A DNA stretch of 44,748 nucleotides, from the NCBI GenBank assembly GCA_046485285.1, contig JAWOHE010000062.1, positions 1-44,748 of the forward strand, written 5' to 3'. Numbering within the stretch: position 1 is the stretch's first letter; each line of letters begins with the position of its first letter. Origin of the DNA: a bacterium. Lineage in GTDB: Bacteria; Hydrothermota; Tepidihabitantia; Tepidihabitantales; Tepidihabitantaceae. Below, in pieces: positions 18,393-28,985 of the stretch. The notes under the pieces were generated by a model that saw only the letters and a list, made by a program, of their open reading frames with translations, was not told where the DNA came from and did not search any database. A program made the position numbers and the translations under genes.

Positions 18393-18839
18393 ATGCCCGA
18401 ATGCCCGTTCTGCGCCATCGTCGCCGGCAAGGCCCCGGCCCGGAAGGTCCACGAGGACCCCGTTTCGCTGGCGTTCCTCGACCTCTACCCGGTCGTGCCC
18501 GGCCACACGCTCGTCGTCACCCGCCAGCACGTCCCGCTGCTGACCGACATCGACCCGGCGCAGTGGAACGACCTCGTGATGCCGTTCATGAAGTCGGCCT
18601 ACGCCATCGCCCGGAAGATGAAGAAGGGCCTCGGCTGCAGCCACGTCACGATGCTGCTCCGCGGCCAGCGCGTGCCGCATGTCCACATGCACCTCGTCCC
18701 GAGCTGGCCCGACCGGAAGCACCTCCTCGACCTCACGCTCCAGCTCCAGGACTACTGCCAGCCTCGCCTCAAACCGGCCGTCCCCGAGTCCGAGCTCGAC
18801 ACGCTCGCCGACCGGATCAGGTCCGCCCCGGTCCGCTAG
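18393..18839 (+). CDS. HIT family hydrolase
   Basis: CPFC, PGHTLVV, VPHVHMHLVP; SD AGGAGG. Confidence 0.93.
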   Translation: MPECPFCAIVAGKAPARKVHEDPVSLAFLDLYPVVPGHTLVVTRQHVPLLTDIDPAQWNDLVMPFMKSAYAIARKMKKGLGCSHVTMLLRGQRVPHVHMHLVPSWPDRKHLLDLTLQLQDYCQPRLKPAVPESELDTLADRIRSAPVR

Positions 18840-18896
18840 CGCCGCCGGGCCCGGCTGCGGTTGACGCGAGTTGTCATTCCGCTAGCATAGCTGCCT

Positions 18897-20990
18897 ATGT
18901 TTGACCCTGCGCCACGAGGAGTGCCGCTTGCGCGCGTGCGCAACATCGGCATCGCGGCGCACATCGACGCCGGCAAGACGACGACCACCGAACGCTTCCT
19001 CTATTATACCGGCCGGATTCACCGGATCGGCGAAATCGACGCGGGCACGACCCAGATGGACTGGATGATCCAGGAGCGCGAGCGCGGCATCACGATCACC
19101 TCGGCCGCCACCACGGTCCACTGGCGCGACAACCGCATCAACGTCATCGACACCCCGGGCCACGTCGACTTCACGATCGAGGTCGAGCGCTGTCTCAAGG
19201 TGCTCGACGGCGCGGTCATCGTCCTCTGCGCGGTCGGCGGCGTCGAGCCCCAGACCGAGACCGTCTGGCGCCAGGCCGACCGCTACCGCATTCCCCGGCT
19301 CGCCTTCGTCAACAAGCTCGACCGGGTCGGCGCCGACTTCGACCGCGTCGTCAAGATGATGGCCGAGACTTTCGAGCAGACCCCGCTCCCGGTCCAGCTT
19401 CCCATCGGCGTCGAGACCGAACACGAGGGCGTCATCGACCTAGTCGACAATGTCGCCTGCGTCTGGCACTCCGACGACCTCGGAGCGAGCTACGAGACCC
19501 TGCCGATTCCCGTCGCGCGCCGCGCCGAGGTCGAGGAGTACCGTCACCGGCTCGTCGACAAGCTGACAACAATCGACGAGCGGCTGCTCGAGAAGTACGT
19601 CTCCGGCGACGAGATAACGCCGGCGGACCTGCGCGCCGCGCTTCGCAAGGGCACGATCGAGCTCGCGGTCGTCCCGGTCTTCTGCGGCAGCGCCTTCCGG
19701 AACAAGGGCATCCAGAAGCTCATCGACGGCGTCGTCGACTACCTCCCCTCCCCGCTCGACGTGCCGCCGATCAGGGGCGAGAACCCGAGGACCGGCCAGC
19801 CCGAGACTCGCCCCGCCGACCCCGAAGCGCCGTTCTCCGCGCTCATCTTCAAACTCGCCACCGACCCGCACCGCGGGATGCTCAGCTACGTTCGGGTCTA
19901 CTCCGGGCGCATCAAACCTGGCGAGGTCGTCTGGAGCGTACCCGGGATGAGGCGCGTCCGGATGACCAAGCTCCTGATGATGCATGCGAACCACCAGGAG
20001 GAAGTCCCCGCGCTGTCGGCCGGCGAGATCGGCGCGGTCGTCGGGCTCAAGGACAGCCACACCGGCCAGACGCTGGCCAACTTGGCCCACCCGATCGCCT
20101 ACGAGTCGATCGAAGTACCCGAGCCGGTCGTATCGATTGCCATCGAGCCCCGGACCAAGGCCGAGGAACAGAAACTCCAGTCCTCGCTCCAGACCCTCGC
20201 GCTCGAGGACCCGACCTTCCGGCAGAACGTCGACGACGAGACGGGCCAGCTCGTGCTCTCGGGGATGGGCGAGCTCCACCTCGACATTCTGCTCGACCGC
20301 CTCGAGCGCGACTTCAAGGTCGGCGTCCACTCCGGCAAGCCGCAGGTCAGCTACCGTGAGACCATGACCGCGCCGGCGACCGCCGAGGGCCGGTTCGTCC
20401 GCCAGACCGGCGGCTCGGGGCACTTCGCCGTCGTCAAGCTCGCGCTTGAGCCCTGCCCAACCGGCAATGACATTCGCAACGAGGTCAGCCACGGCGCGCT
20501 TCCCGCCGAGTTCATCGAGGCGACCGTGCGCGGCATCCGGGACAGCTTCGAGGCCGGCGTCCTCGCCGGGTTCGAGGTCATCAATACTCGCGCCCGCATC
20601 CTCGACGGCCGGTTCCACGAAGTCGACTCGCGCGACGTCGACTTCAAGGTCGCGGCCGGCTCGGCCTTCCGCGACGCCTTTCTGGCCGGCCGGCCGACAT
20701 TCCTCGAGCCGATAATGGAGCTCGAAATCGTCACGCCCGAGCAGTACTTCGGCGGCGTCCTGGGCGATGTCACCGCCCGGAATGGCCGCATCATCCACAC
20801 CGAGCCGGTCAAGGGTCACCAGATCATCCGGGCCGAGGTCCCGCTCGCCTCGACCTTCGGATACGCGACGACCCTGCGCAGCCTCAGCCAGGGCCGGGCC
20901 TCCAGTTCGATGCAGTTCAAGACCTTCCGGCCGGTCGACCAAGACACCCGGGTCCGGCTCTACCCGCTCTTCGGCGAAAGGCCCGGATGA
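18897..20990 (+). CDS. fusA: Elongation factor G, stand-alone copy
   Basis: [47 protein letters not shown]. Confidence 0.95.
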   Translation: MFDPAPRGVPLARVRNIGIAAHIDAGKTTTTERFLYYTGRIHRIGEIDAGTTQMDWMIQERERGITITSAATTVHWRDNRINVIDTPGHVDFTIEVERCLKVLDGAVIVLCAVGGVEPQTETVWRQADRYRIPRLAFVNKLDRVGADFDRVVKMMAETFEQTPLPVQLPIGVETEHEGVIDLVDNVACVWHSDDLGASYETLPIPVARRAEVEEYRHRLVDKLTTIDERLLEKYVSGDEITPADLRAALRKGTIELAVVPVFCGSAFRNKGIQKLIDGVVDYLPSPLDVPPIRGENPRTGQPETRPADPEAPFSALIFKLATDPHRGMLSYVRVYSGRIKPGEVVWSVPGMRRVRMTKLLMMHANHQEEVPALSAGEIGAVVGLKDSHTGQTLANLAHPIAYESIEVPEPVVSIAIEPRTKAEEQKLQSSLQTLALEDPTFRQNVDDETGQLVLSGMGELHLDILLDRLERDFKVGVHSGKPQVSYRETMTAPATAEGRFVRQTGGSGHFAVVKLALEPCPTGNDIRNEVSHGALPAEFIEATVRGIRDSFEAGVLAGFEVINTRARILDGRFHEVDSRDVDFKVAAGSAFRDAFLAGRPTFLEPIMELEIVTPEQYFGGVLGDVTARNGRIIHTEPVKGHQIIRAEVPLASTFGYATTLRSLSQGRASSSMQFKTFRPVDQDTRVRLYPLFGERPG

Positions 20991-21000
20991 CACGACCGGC

Positions 21001-21030
21001 GACCCTGCGCGGCGATGTTGACGCAGGGTC
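21001..21030 (+). terminator. Hairpin after fusA
   Basis: gaccctgcg...cgcagggtc inverted repeat. Confidence 0.5.
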
Positions 21031-21040
21031 AAGACCATCA

Positions 21041-21069
21041 TTGACAGGACCCGCGTGACAGGGTAACAT
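21041..21069 (+). promoter_or_regulatory. Promoter of the PorV/TonB operon
   Basis: TTGACA-17-TAACAT, 14 nt before ATG 21084, no SD. Confidence 0.65.
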
Positions 21070-21083
21070 TACAAATAGTAATC

Positions 21084-22712
21084 ATGAACGCAGCCTTGGG
21101 TCTGCTGTTGATTGCCCAGTTGAACTCGTTTGAGTTCGACTCGGTCTTCACGCCCCAGGTCGTCGGTGACTCATTCCCGGTCACGATCGTCGCCCGCGAC
21201 GGTTCGGGCGGAATCTACCCGTACAACGGCAACGCCCTGCTCTCGACGTCACTCGGGGCCTACGTCTACCCGAACATCGCCGAGTTCCAGAACGGCGTCT
21301 GGCAGGGCAGGGTGATAGTCACGCTGGCCGAGAACCTGTCGCTGCGCTGCATCGGCCCGCAGGCATCGGGCGAGAGCAACACCTTCGGCGTCGTGCCCGG
21401 TCCCCCGGACCGGCTGCTCGTTATCCTGCCCGGCGAGCGGGCCGCCCCGGGCTCGCCATCGGGCCGGCTGCCAAACCCGCCCCTGAACCAGTCGGCGGGC
21501 GAGCAATTCGATGTGACGGTCTACCTGACCGACAAGTGGCACAACACCGTCCCGGCCCGCAATGACAGCGTCCGCTTCTCGTCCTCGGACAACTTCGCAA
21601 ACATCCCTGCCGGCAGGCTCGCCAACGGCAGCGGGTCGTTCCCTGCTGTCCTCCGGGCGGCCGGAACCCAGCGGGTCTTCTGCCTCCCGGCCTCCTCGTC
21701 CCAGGTCAGCGCGGACACGTCGTCGCCACTGACCATCGTCCCGGGCGGCTACGAACGCCTGCTGGTCGTGCTCCCGGGCGAGGCCAACCTCCCCGGCGAC
21801 AACACCACCGAACCCGGCCAGACCCCGGGCAAGAACGGCAGCCCGAACGACCAGTTCCTGAGAAGGTTATTCCCGGTCACGGTCTACGGCTGCGACCAGT
21901 GCTGGAACATCGTCCGCGTGACGACCGACTCCGTCCGCCTCAACTCCGATGCACCCTTCGGCTCGACCCCGCCGGCCCTCGCGCTCGGTGACGGCGCCGT
22001 CTTCGACGTCGAGTTCCTGGAAGCCGGGCCCCGCCAGGGCATCTGGGCGACATCAGCGAGCGGAGGGGAGTCATACGTCAGCCGGTTTACGGTCCGGCCC
22101 CTTGTGGTGATGCTCGAGGTCGACGTGCCGGACACGGTCCGGGCCGGCGAGACCGCTTACGTCCGGGTGACGATGCGCGACGGCAACGAGGCCCCGGTCG
22201 TTGCCGCGCCCTGCTACTTCTCGGTGACCGCCGGCAACGGCGAGATGCTCGACCCGGTCCTGCTCTCAGACACCATCGGCCGGGCCACCGCCCGGTTCCT
22301 GTGCGACCGGGCGCGTGGCGACGAGCACGACACCATCAAGGTGTTCGCCGACACGACCGCCTACGCCGGGATCTTCGTGACGATGCCGGACTCGATGCTG
22401 CTCGACGGCGACATCGTGATCTTCCCGAACCCGTTCGGGTTCAACCAGGACCGGGCCGAGATCATCTACTTCCTGCGCAATGCCGCCCCGGTGACCGTGA
22501 CGATCTACGACACCTTCGGCAACGAGGTCTGCAACTGGCGCTTCAGCACCCGCGAGACCGGCGCCCTCGCCGGCGTCAACCGCATCTGGTGGGATGGCCG
22601 CAATTCGAAAGGCCGGAGGGTCGCCAACGGCATCTACGTCGTCCAGGTCATCGGCCAGCTTCACACCGGCACGGTCTTCAAGGCCGCCCGGCAGGTCGGG
22701 GTAGTATGGTGA
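21084..22712 (+). CDS. Secreted multi-Ig-like protein with C-terminal FlgD-Ig/T9SS-like domain
   Basis: Two LLVxLPGE...F.VTVY..D...N.V....DSVR repeats; FPNPF...VTIYDTFGNEV...WWDGRNSKGRRVANGIY. Confidence 0.8.
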   Translation: MNAALGLLLIAQLNSFEFDSVFTPQVVGDSFPVTIVARDGSGGIYPYNGNALLSTSLGAYVYPNIAEFQNGVWQGRVIVTLAENLSLRCIGPQASGESNTFGVVPGPPDRLLVILPGERAAPGSPSGRLPNPPLNQSAGEQFDVTVYLTDKWHNTVPARNDSVRFSSSDNFANIPAGRLANGSGSFPAVLRAAGTQRVFCLPASSSQVSADTSSPLTIVPGGYERLLVVLPGEANLPGDNTTEPGQTPGKNGSPNDQFLRRLFPVTVYGCDQCWNIVRVTTDSVRLNSDAPFGSTPPALALGDGAVFDVEFLEAGPRQGIWATSASGGESYVSRFTVRPLVVMLEVDVPDTVRAGETAYVRVTMRDGNEAPVVAAPCYFSVTAGNGEMLDPVLLSDTIGRATARFLCDRARGDEHDTIKVFADTTAYAGIFVTMPDSMLLDGDIVIFPNPFGFNQDRAEIIYFLRNAAPVTVTIYDTFGNEVCNWRFSTRETGALAGVNRIWWDGRNSKGRRVANGIYVVQVIGQLHTGTVFKAARQVGVVW

Positions 22713-24016
22713 CAATCGCGCGGTTCGGTGCGTGCGTCCTGCTCTGCCTCCTGCTGGCGGCGCCGGTCGCCGCCCGCGAGGGCGGATTGCCCGGCGCGTT
22801 CCTCGCCTACGGCGTCGCCCCGCGAAGTCTTGCGCTCGGCAAGGCCTTTACCGCCATAGCCGATGACCAGCAGGCCGGCTACTTCAATCCGGGCGGGTTC
22901 TTCCAGCTTGACGCCAGCGAGGTCATCGCCGCCCACTCCCAGCTCTACGGCGCTCGCCTCGAGTACGTCGGATACGCGTTCCCGACCCGCCGACTCGGTA
23001 CCTTCGCCGTGTCGCTCATCAACCACGGCGCCGAAGGGCTCGACTCGCGGACCCCTGGAAACGTTCGCTACGAGAGCTTCGCGGCGGCCGAGAACGCCTT
23101 CATGGCCTCCTACTGCCTCAGCCCCTGGACGCGCATCGGCGTCGGCGCGACCGCCAAGCTCGTCACCCAGAACATCGCCCAGTACTCCGACGTCGGCGTC
23201 GGCATCGATGCCGGCATCCTCGTCCGCGACCTGGGGCCTCTCAGCCTCGGACTCACCGTCCAGAACATTCTCCAGCCGACCCTCAAGCTGGCGACGCTCA
23301 CCGACGTCTACCCCCGGGCGCTGCGCGCCGGCCTCGGCGTCCGTCTGCTTGACAGCCGCGTGGTGGTCGCCGCCGACGCGGAGACGCCACTGCTATGGGA
23401 CGTTGCCCCCGACGGCAACCCGGTGCGGCGCTTCACGCCCGACTTCACGCCACACGTTGGCGTCGAGTTCCAAATCGTGCCGGGCGTCCTGCTCCAGCGG
23501 GTGGGAATCGACCCTAACGAGGTCAGCCTCGGGCTCGGGCTCCAGCACCACTGGGGCAGGATGGGGCTGGGCGCCGACTACGCCTTCCTGCTTCACCACC
23601 GCTCGAACTACCGGCTCGCGCCAACCCACAAGGTCGGCGTGTTTATCCGGTTCGCTGGCTTCCGCGTCTGGATCGACGCCCAGCCAGGCACCTTCAGCCC
23701 AACCCCGGAGAACCCGCAGAACGTGCTGAGGATGGACGTGAAGCTGGTCTCGCGCGCGCCGGCCAAACGCTGGCAGCTTCTCATCAAGAACGACCTGGGC
23801 GAGATCGTGCGGACCTTCGGCGGCTGGGACGCCCCCCCGCTGAGACTAAGCTGGGACGGGCTGGACGATGTCGGCAGGCTGGTCGCCGATGGCGACTACT
23901 CGTACGAGATCGTTGTGGTTGACCAGCGGGACTCCGGCCTTGACTTCTCGGGCTTCCTCACACGCGTCCGGACGCGCGGCCCGGAGGGCAAGATCGAGAT
24001 CCGTCCCGGCGAGTAG
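22706..24016 (+). CDS. PorV/PorQ (UPF0164)-family outer-membrane barrel fused to a FlgD-Ig domain
   Basis: Signal peptide; AFLAYGVAPRSLALGKAFTAIADD...YFNPGG; amphipathic strands; WDGLDDVGRLVADGDYSY. Confidence 0.8.
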   Translation: MVTIARFGACVLLCLLLAAPVAAREGGLPGAFLAYGVAPRSLALGKAFTAIADDQQAGYFNPGGFFQLDASEVIAAHSQLYGARLEYVGYAFPTRRLGTFAVSLINHGAEGLDSRTPGNVRYESFAAAENAFMASYCLSPWTRIGVGATAKLVTQNIAQYSDVGVGIDAGILVRDLGPLSLGLTVQNILQPTLKLATLTDVYPRALRAGLGVRLLDSRVVVAADAETPLLWDVAPDGNPVRRFTPDFTPHVGVEFQIVPGVLLQRVGIDPNEVSLGLGLQHHWGRMGLGADYAFLLHHRSNYRLAPTHKVGVFIRFAGFRVWIDAQPGTFSPTPENPQNVLRMDVKLVSRAPAKRWQLLIKNDLGEIVRTFGGWDAPPLRLSWDGLDDVGRLVADGDYSYEIVVVDQRDSGLDFSGFLTRVRTRGPEGKIEIRPGE

Positions 24017-24017
24017 G

Positions 24018-26531
24018 ATGCTCAGGCTTCTCCTGTTGCCGGCCCTGCTTGCCGGCGCCCTCAAACCCGACCAGGCCCGCCGGCTTGTCGAACGCTACAA
24101 CCGGGCGCAGGAAGTCGCCTCGGAACAGGGCCCGCACCAGTCCGTGCCGCTGTATGAGAAGCTCGTGCGCGACTTCGGCACCAGCGAGTACGGCGACGAG
24201 CTCAAGTTCGTGCTCGCCGAGACCCGTTTCAACGTAGGCGACTTCGCGCGCAGCCGCGACCTGTTCCGCCAGCTCGTCGAACGGTCGCGCCACGAGTACA
24301 TCCGGCCGGAGGCGATGTACGGCGTCGCTGTGGCGTCGGTGATGCTCGGGCAGTACGACCAGGCGCGCCTGGACCTCGAGGCGCTGGCCCGGCAGGCGGG
24401 CTACGACCGCGATGACCGCACCAACTTCGCATACGGCGTCCTGCACTACTTCCTCGGCGAGTACGAGCAGGCGGCGTCCCGCCTTGCCGACCTCGCGATG
24501 CCGAAGGCACGGTTCTTCCTCGCCAAGTGCCACGCCGCCCAGGGCCGCCCGGTACCAGCGCTCCTCGCTCTCAACGCGATCGCGGAAGAACTCCCGAACA
24601 CGCCGCTCGCGACGATGGCGCATTTCGCGGCCGGCGAGGCGCTCTTCCGGAACAGGGACTACGACGGGGCGCGCGCGAAGTTCCAGTACTTCGTCGACGA
24701 GTTCCCAAACTCCCCGCTCGCCGATTACGCCCACTACTTCCTCGGCTGCGCCCTGCTCGCCCGGCACCGGGAAGCCGACGCGATCAGGCACCTTCTGCCG
24801 CTGACCCGCCACAGCAACAACTACCTTGCAGCGCACGCTAACTACTTCATCGGCCACGCCCATGTCGCGCTCGGGCAGCCCGAGGACGCGATCGAGCGCT
24901 ACCAGCGCGTCCGCTCCAGCTACCCGAACACAAGGGTCGCCAGCTTCGCGAACCTCCAGCTCGCCCAGGCGATGCTTGCCACCGCCGACACTGCCCGGAC
25001 CCTGCTCGCGACCAGCCAGCTCGCGCAGATGTTCAGGACCGGCGACCTCTCCGGCGTCGGCGACTACCTTTCCGGGGTCGTCCTCTACCAGGCCGGCCGG
25101 CACTATGATGCCGCCCAGCAGTTCGAGAGGGTCATCACGCAGTACTCCGCCACCTCCCTCCGGGAGCCCGGGGCGGCGATGCTCCTGCTCGCCCTTAACG
25201 CGCTCGGACTTCACGACAAGGCCGTCGCGCTCGGCACGAAGTACCTCGCCGACTACCCGGACGGCCTGCCCGGCTGGCGGGCGCGCACTCTCTACTTCCT
25301 CGCCGAGGCCCAGTACTCCTCCGGCAAGTACGGCGACGCGGACGTCAACTACCAGCGCGCCTACGCGCATCCCGGCGCGGACGAAGTCCCCTCCTACTCC
25401 CGCCTCGGCCGCAACTACTGCCTCTACCACCTCGGCCGGCTCGGCGAGGCGGCCGACGGCTTCGCCTCCCTGCTCGGCTCCCGGCCCGGCGACACGCTCT
25501 TCACGATATCGGCCTGGCTCGGCCAGGGCTACTCGCTCTTCAACCAGCAGGAGTACACCGCGGCGCTCGACATCTTCGAGGCTCTGGCCAACACCTTCCC
25601 GGACGAGCCGCTTGCGGCAATCCCCGGGCTTTTCTACTCCGGCTGGTGCTACTACCAGCTCCGCTACTTCGGGCAGGCGGTCGACGCTTGGACGACCCTC
25701 ACCAACCGCTTCCCGGAACAGAACCCGAAGGCCGCCGAGGCCGCCTTCCGCACCGGCGACACCTACTTCAAGGCGCTCGAGTACAACAAGGCAATCGCCG
25801 CCTTTGCCTTCGTCACCGAGCGCTACCCGGCGTCCGACTTCGCCGCGCCCTCGCAGGCGCTCACGGCGCAGTGCTACTACAACCGCGGCCAGCACCTCGA
25901 CGCGGTCCGCGAGTACCAGAAGTTTCTCGACCTTTACCCCTCCGACCCGCAGGCGCCCAGCGTCCGCAGGAGCCTCGAAACGAGCTACTACCTGGCCGGG
26001 GCCGAGGACACCGCGGTAATGAACGACTTCCTGCGCCGCTACCCCCGATCCGAAATGGCCGCCGAAGGCCACTTCGACCGGAGCAAGAGCCTATTCGACC
26101 GGGGCCGGTTCGAGGAGGCCGCTACGGAGGCGCAGAAGGTCGTCGTCAACTTCCCGGGCTACCCGCTTGCCGGCGATGCCCAGTTGCTCGCCGCGGAGTC
26201 CTGGTCCAAGCTCGGCGACTGGACTGCTGCGGCCTCCGCCTACCGCAAGTTCCTCGCCTGGTTCCCGGACCACGCCCAGCTCGTCGGTGCCTGGTTCAAC
26301 CTCGGCACGGCATACTTCAACGCCGGGGAGTACCAACTCAGCCTTGAGGCCTTCTCAACTGTCGTCGACCAGCACCCCGAATCCGAGTATGTCGAGAGCG
26401 CGCGCATAAATGTCGAGCTGTGCCGCAAGCGGCTGGGAAGCACGCCCTCCGGCGAGCGGGCCGGCGACGCGGAAGAGGACCGCCCCGCCGGGGACTCGCC
26501 GGTCCAGCCAACTGAAGGAGGACGTCAATGA
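24018..26531 (+). CDS. Large exported tetratricopeptide-repeat protein (BamD/CpoB-like repeats)
   Basis: Signal peptide; many F/YPxSxxA..A.Y..G TPR units. Confidence 0.9.
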   Translation: MLRLLLLPALLAGALKPDQARRLVERYNRAQEVASEQGPHQSVPLYEKLVRDFGTSEYGDELKFVLAETRFNVGDFARSRDLFRQLVERSRHEYIRPEAMYGVAVASVMLGQYDQARLDLEALARQAGYDRDDRTNFAYGVLHYFLGEYEQAASRLADLAMPKARFFLAKCHAAQGRPVPALLALNAIAEELPNTPLATMAHFAAGEALFRNRDYDGARAKFQYFVDEFPNSPLADYAHYFLGCALLARHREADAIRHLLPLTRHSNNYLAAHANYFIGHAHVALGQPEDAIERYQRVRSSYPNTRVASFANLQLAQAMLATADTARTLLATSQLAQMFRTGDLSGVGDYLSGVVLYQAGRHYDAAQQFERVITQYSATSLREPGAAMLLLALNALGLHDKAVALGTKYLADYPDGLPGWRARTLYFLAEAQYSSGKYGDADVNYQRAYAHPGADEVPSYSRLGRNYCLYHLGRLGEAADGFASLLGSRPGDTLFTISAWLGQGYSLFNQQEYTAALDIFEALANTFPDEPLAAIPGLFYSGWCYYQLRYFGQAVDAWTTLTNRFPEQNPKAAEAAFRTGDTYFKALEYNKAIAAFAFVTERYPASDFAAPSQALTAQCYYNRGQHLDAVREYQKFLDLYPSDPQAPSVRRSLETSYYLAGAEDTAVMNDFLRRYPRSEMAAEGHFDRSKSLFDRGRFEEAATEAQKVVVNFPGYPLAGDAQLLAAESWSKLGDWTAAASAYRKFLAWFPDHAQLVGAWFNLGTAYFNAGEYQLSLEAFSTVVDQHPESEYVESARINVELCRKRLGSTPSGERAGDAEEDRPAGDSPVQPTEGGRQ

Positions 26532-27244
26532 TAATGGGCAAGACGCTGTTCGAGATCTTCCGAAGCAGCCCGGTGATGCTGATACTGCTTGCGGCCTCGA
26601 TAGCATCCCTCGCGCTGATCATCGAGCGCCTCGTCTACTTCACTCGCAACCGCTTCAACCCGGCGCGCAGTCTCGTCGAGACCCGGAACCGCCTGCGGTC
26701 AGGTGGCGTCGACGAAGCACTCCGCTGGGTCCGGACGCAGGAGAACCCTCTCGGACGGCTCTTCGCCATCGCACTTGAGAACCCCGGCCTGACCGGCGAG
26801 GAGGTATCGGACCTGCTCTATGGCGCGATCCTCGAGGAACGCGTCAGGTTCGAGCGGCTGCTCGGCGGTATGGGAACGCTGGCCAACGCCGCCACCCTGC
26901 TCGGCCTGCTCGGCACCGTGACCGGCCTCATCCAAGCCTTCGGCAATATCGCCGCGACAGGCTCCGGCGGGCCGGCGGTGGTCTCCGGCGGCATCGCCGA
27001 GGCCCTCCTCACGACCGCATTCGGTCTCATCATCGGCATCCCGACGCTCTTCTGCTACAACTACTTCTCCAAGAAGGCCGCCGACACGACGATGGTCCTC
27101 GAAAGCACGACCGACCGTTTTATGGTCCTGCTCGAGCGCTACAAGCGCGCCGCCGGTGTCGGCCAGGACTCGATGGCCCCGTCCCGGCCGGCGCCGGGAC
27201 CCGCGCCCCGGCAAACTGGAAAGGCCGACGGCTGGGAGTTCTGA
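26528..27244 (+). CDS. exbB: MotA/TolQ/ExbB proton-channel subunit
   Basis: LLGLLGTVTGLIQAF, GIAEALLTTAFGL. Confidence 0.93.
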   Translation: MIMGKTLFEIFRSSPVMLILLAASIASLALIIERLVYFTRNRFNPARSLVETRNRLRSGGVDEALRWVRTQENPLGRLFAIALENPGLTGEEVSDLLYGAILEERVRFERLLGGMGTLANAATLLGLLGTVTGLIQAFGNIAATGSGGPAVVSGGIAEALLTTAFGLIIGIPTLFCYNYFSKKAADTTMVLESTTDRFMVLLERYKRAAGVGQDSMAPSRPAPGPAPRQTGKADGWEF

Positions 27245-27660
27245 TGCGACGCCCGCACCGCCACGCCGTCACCCGCAGCGAGCTGAACCTGACCTCGCTC
27301 GTCGACGTCGCGCTGGCGCTGGTCATCGGCTTCATTGTCTCGATCCCGCTGTTCTTCGAAACCGGCATATTCGTCTCCGCCCCCGGCGTCGCCCGCGCCG
27401 AGGCGACCGAGGAAGGATCCGATGTCAAGGCTAACATCTACATCGACAACGACGGCCGGATCTTCCTGAACGAAGCAGTCGTGTCCGGTGACAACCTAGC
27501 CGACCTGCTGCCCCGGCTCCTCGAGCGCAGCCTTGAGAAGCGGGTCGTCGTCTCGTCCGGTGATATGGTGCAGTATGACGCGGTCATCAGGATACTGGAC
27601 ATCGCCAAGCAGTCGGGCGCCGCGGACCTTGCACTGCTGCGCCGGAGGCCGGCCGAGTGA
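27244..27660 (+). CDS. exbD: ExbD/TolR subunit with conserved Asp
   Basis: ELNLTSLVDVALALV; periplasmic YDAVIRILDIAKQSG. Confidence 0.9.
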   Translation: MRRPHRHAVTRSELNLTSLVDVALALVIGFIVSIPLFFETGIFVSAPGVARAEATEEGSDVKANIYIDNDGRIFLNEAVVSGDNLADLLPRLLERSLEKRVVVSSGDMVQYDAVIRILDIAKQSGAADLALLRRRPAE

Positions 27661-28058
27661 AATCCGCCTCTATTGACATCCTGCCGATGGCCGCGGTCGG
27701 GTTGATCCTCGTGCTGGTGATGATGGTGATCGCCCCGATGACGATGGCGCACAACGACACCCCGGTGGCGGTGCCGGCGGCACGAACCGCCGAGCGCAAG
27801 GTCGAGGAAAATGTCACCATCAGCTATACCGCGGGGCGGGAACTTCTCCTCAACGACGTTCGATTCGACGACCTGTTCGCGCTCGAGCGCCGGCTCGAAG
27901 GGGAAATCATCCGCGACCCGTACGTCCTCGTCGTCGTTCGGGCCGACCGGGAAGTGCTCCACTCCGAGGTCCTGGACATTCTGGCGATGGCCCGTCGGGC
28001 CGGCGCGCTGCGCATCGCCTGCGCGACAAAACGCGTCGATGAGGACCCGATCCGATGA
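27657..28058 (+). CDS. exbD: Second ExbD/TolR subunit, conserved Asp replaced by Ala
   Basis: IDILPMAAVGLILVLVMMV; VVVRADREV...LAMARRAG. Confidence 0.85.
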   Translation: MKSASIDILPMAAVGLILVLVMMVIAPMTMAHNDTPVAVPAARTAERKVEENVTISYTAGRELLLNDVRFDDLFALERRLEGEIIRDPYVLVVVRADREVLHSEVLDILAMARRAGALRIACATKRVDEDPIR

Positions 28059-28984
28059 ACGAACTCTCGCTCGGGGTCGTGAGCGGTGGGCGGCGCTCCC
28101 GGATGATCGACATCGCGGCCGTCGTCTCCACCGCACTCCACATCGGGTTCATCCTCCTCGCGTCCCGCACCCAGCCGGCGGGCGACTACGCCCCGGACCT
28201 GCACGAAGTCGCGTTCATGGACGTGACCTACCGGCCCGAGGTCGCGAGGGTCATCGCGCCGGCCGGCTCGCCGGGCGGCGCGGGCCCGGTGTCCGCAGAC
28301 GCACCGGCCTACGCCCCCTCCTTTGCGCCGGACCCCGCCGCGGCGATCGACCTTTCTGCGACAATGGAGCGCGACAAGAGCCAGGCCAGGATCGACCTCG
28401 ACGGCTTCGAGCTCGACCGGGACGGCGGGATGGACGTCGTCCGACTCGGCGGCGAGGGCGCGGGCAAGTCAACCGAAGAGATCCTTGCCCAGCCGAAGGT
28501 CAACCTCGCCGGCAGTCTCGACCGCTCCGGCGCCGCGGCTACCGGCCTGCGCGGCTACCCCGGGGTCCGACCACCCAAGGCCCAGCTCCAGATCGAGCAC
28601 CGCCCGCTCGCCAAGGCCCCGGCGGCCAAGCTGCCGACGATCGCAACCGAGGAACTGCCCCGGACAACTGCCGCGCCGACAACCGGCTCCGGGTTCAGCG
28701 TCGCGGGGCCGATATCAGAGCGCACCATCAACCGGCGTGTGCTGCCCCGGTACCCGAAGTGGGCACTCGACCGGCGGGTATCGGGCACGGTCGTCGTCAG
28801 ACTCTGGGTGGTGGCAAACGGCAAGGTCAAAGGAACGCCGGCTGTCGAGACCAGTTCCGGCTACCCGGATCTGGACCAGGTCGTCGTCAGCGCGCTCCGC
28901 CAGTGGGAATTCGAGCCGCTCGCGCCCGGGGTCAAGAGCGAGGACCAGTGGGGCGTGATAACGTTCCGGTTCACGCTGTCCTGA
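28055..28984 (+). CDS. tonB: TonB family energy transducer
   Basis: TM with S..LH (STALH), Pro/Ala-rich linker, PRYPKWA...GTVVV...SSGYPDLD...WEFEP. Confidence 0.92.
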   Translation: MNELSLGVVSGGRRSRMIDIAAVVSTALHIGFILLASRTQPAGDYAPDLHEVAFMDVTYRPEVARVIAPAGSPGGAGPVSADAPAYAPSFAPDPAAAIDLSATMERDKSQARIDLDGFELDRDGGMDVVRLGGEGAGKSTEEILAQPKVNLAGSLDRSGAAATGLRGYPGVRPPKAQLQIEHRPLAKAPAAKLPTIATEELPRTTAAPTTGSGFSVAGPISERTINRRVLPRYPKWALDRRVSGTVVVRLWVVANGKVKGTPAVETSSGYPDLDQVVVSALRQWEFEPLAPGVKSEDQWGVITFRFTLS

Positions 28985-28985
28985 C

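Noticed and set aside
26528-28984. Tol-Pal system
   Set aside because: No tolB or pal; the transducer has a TonB-type YP motif and lacks the TolA long helix
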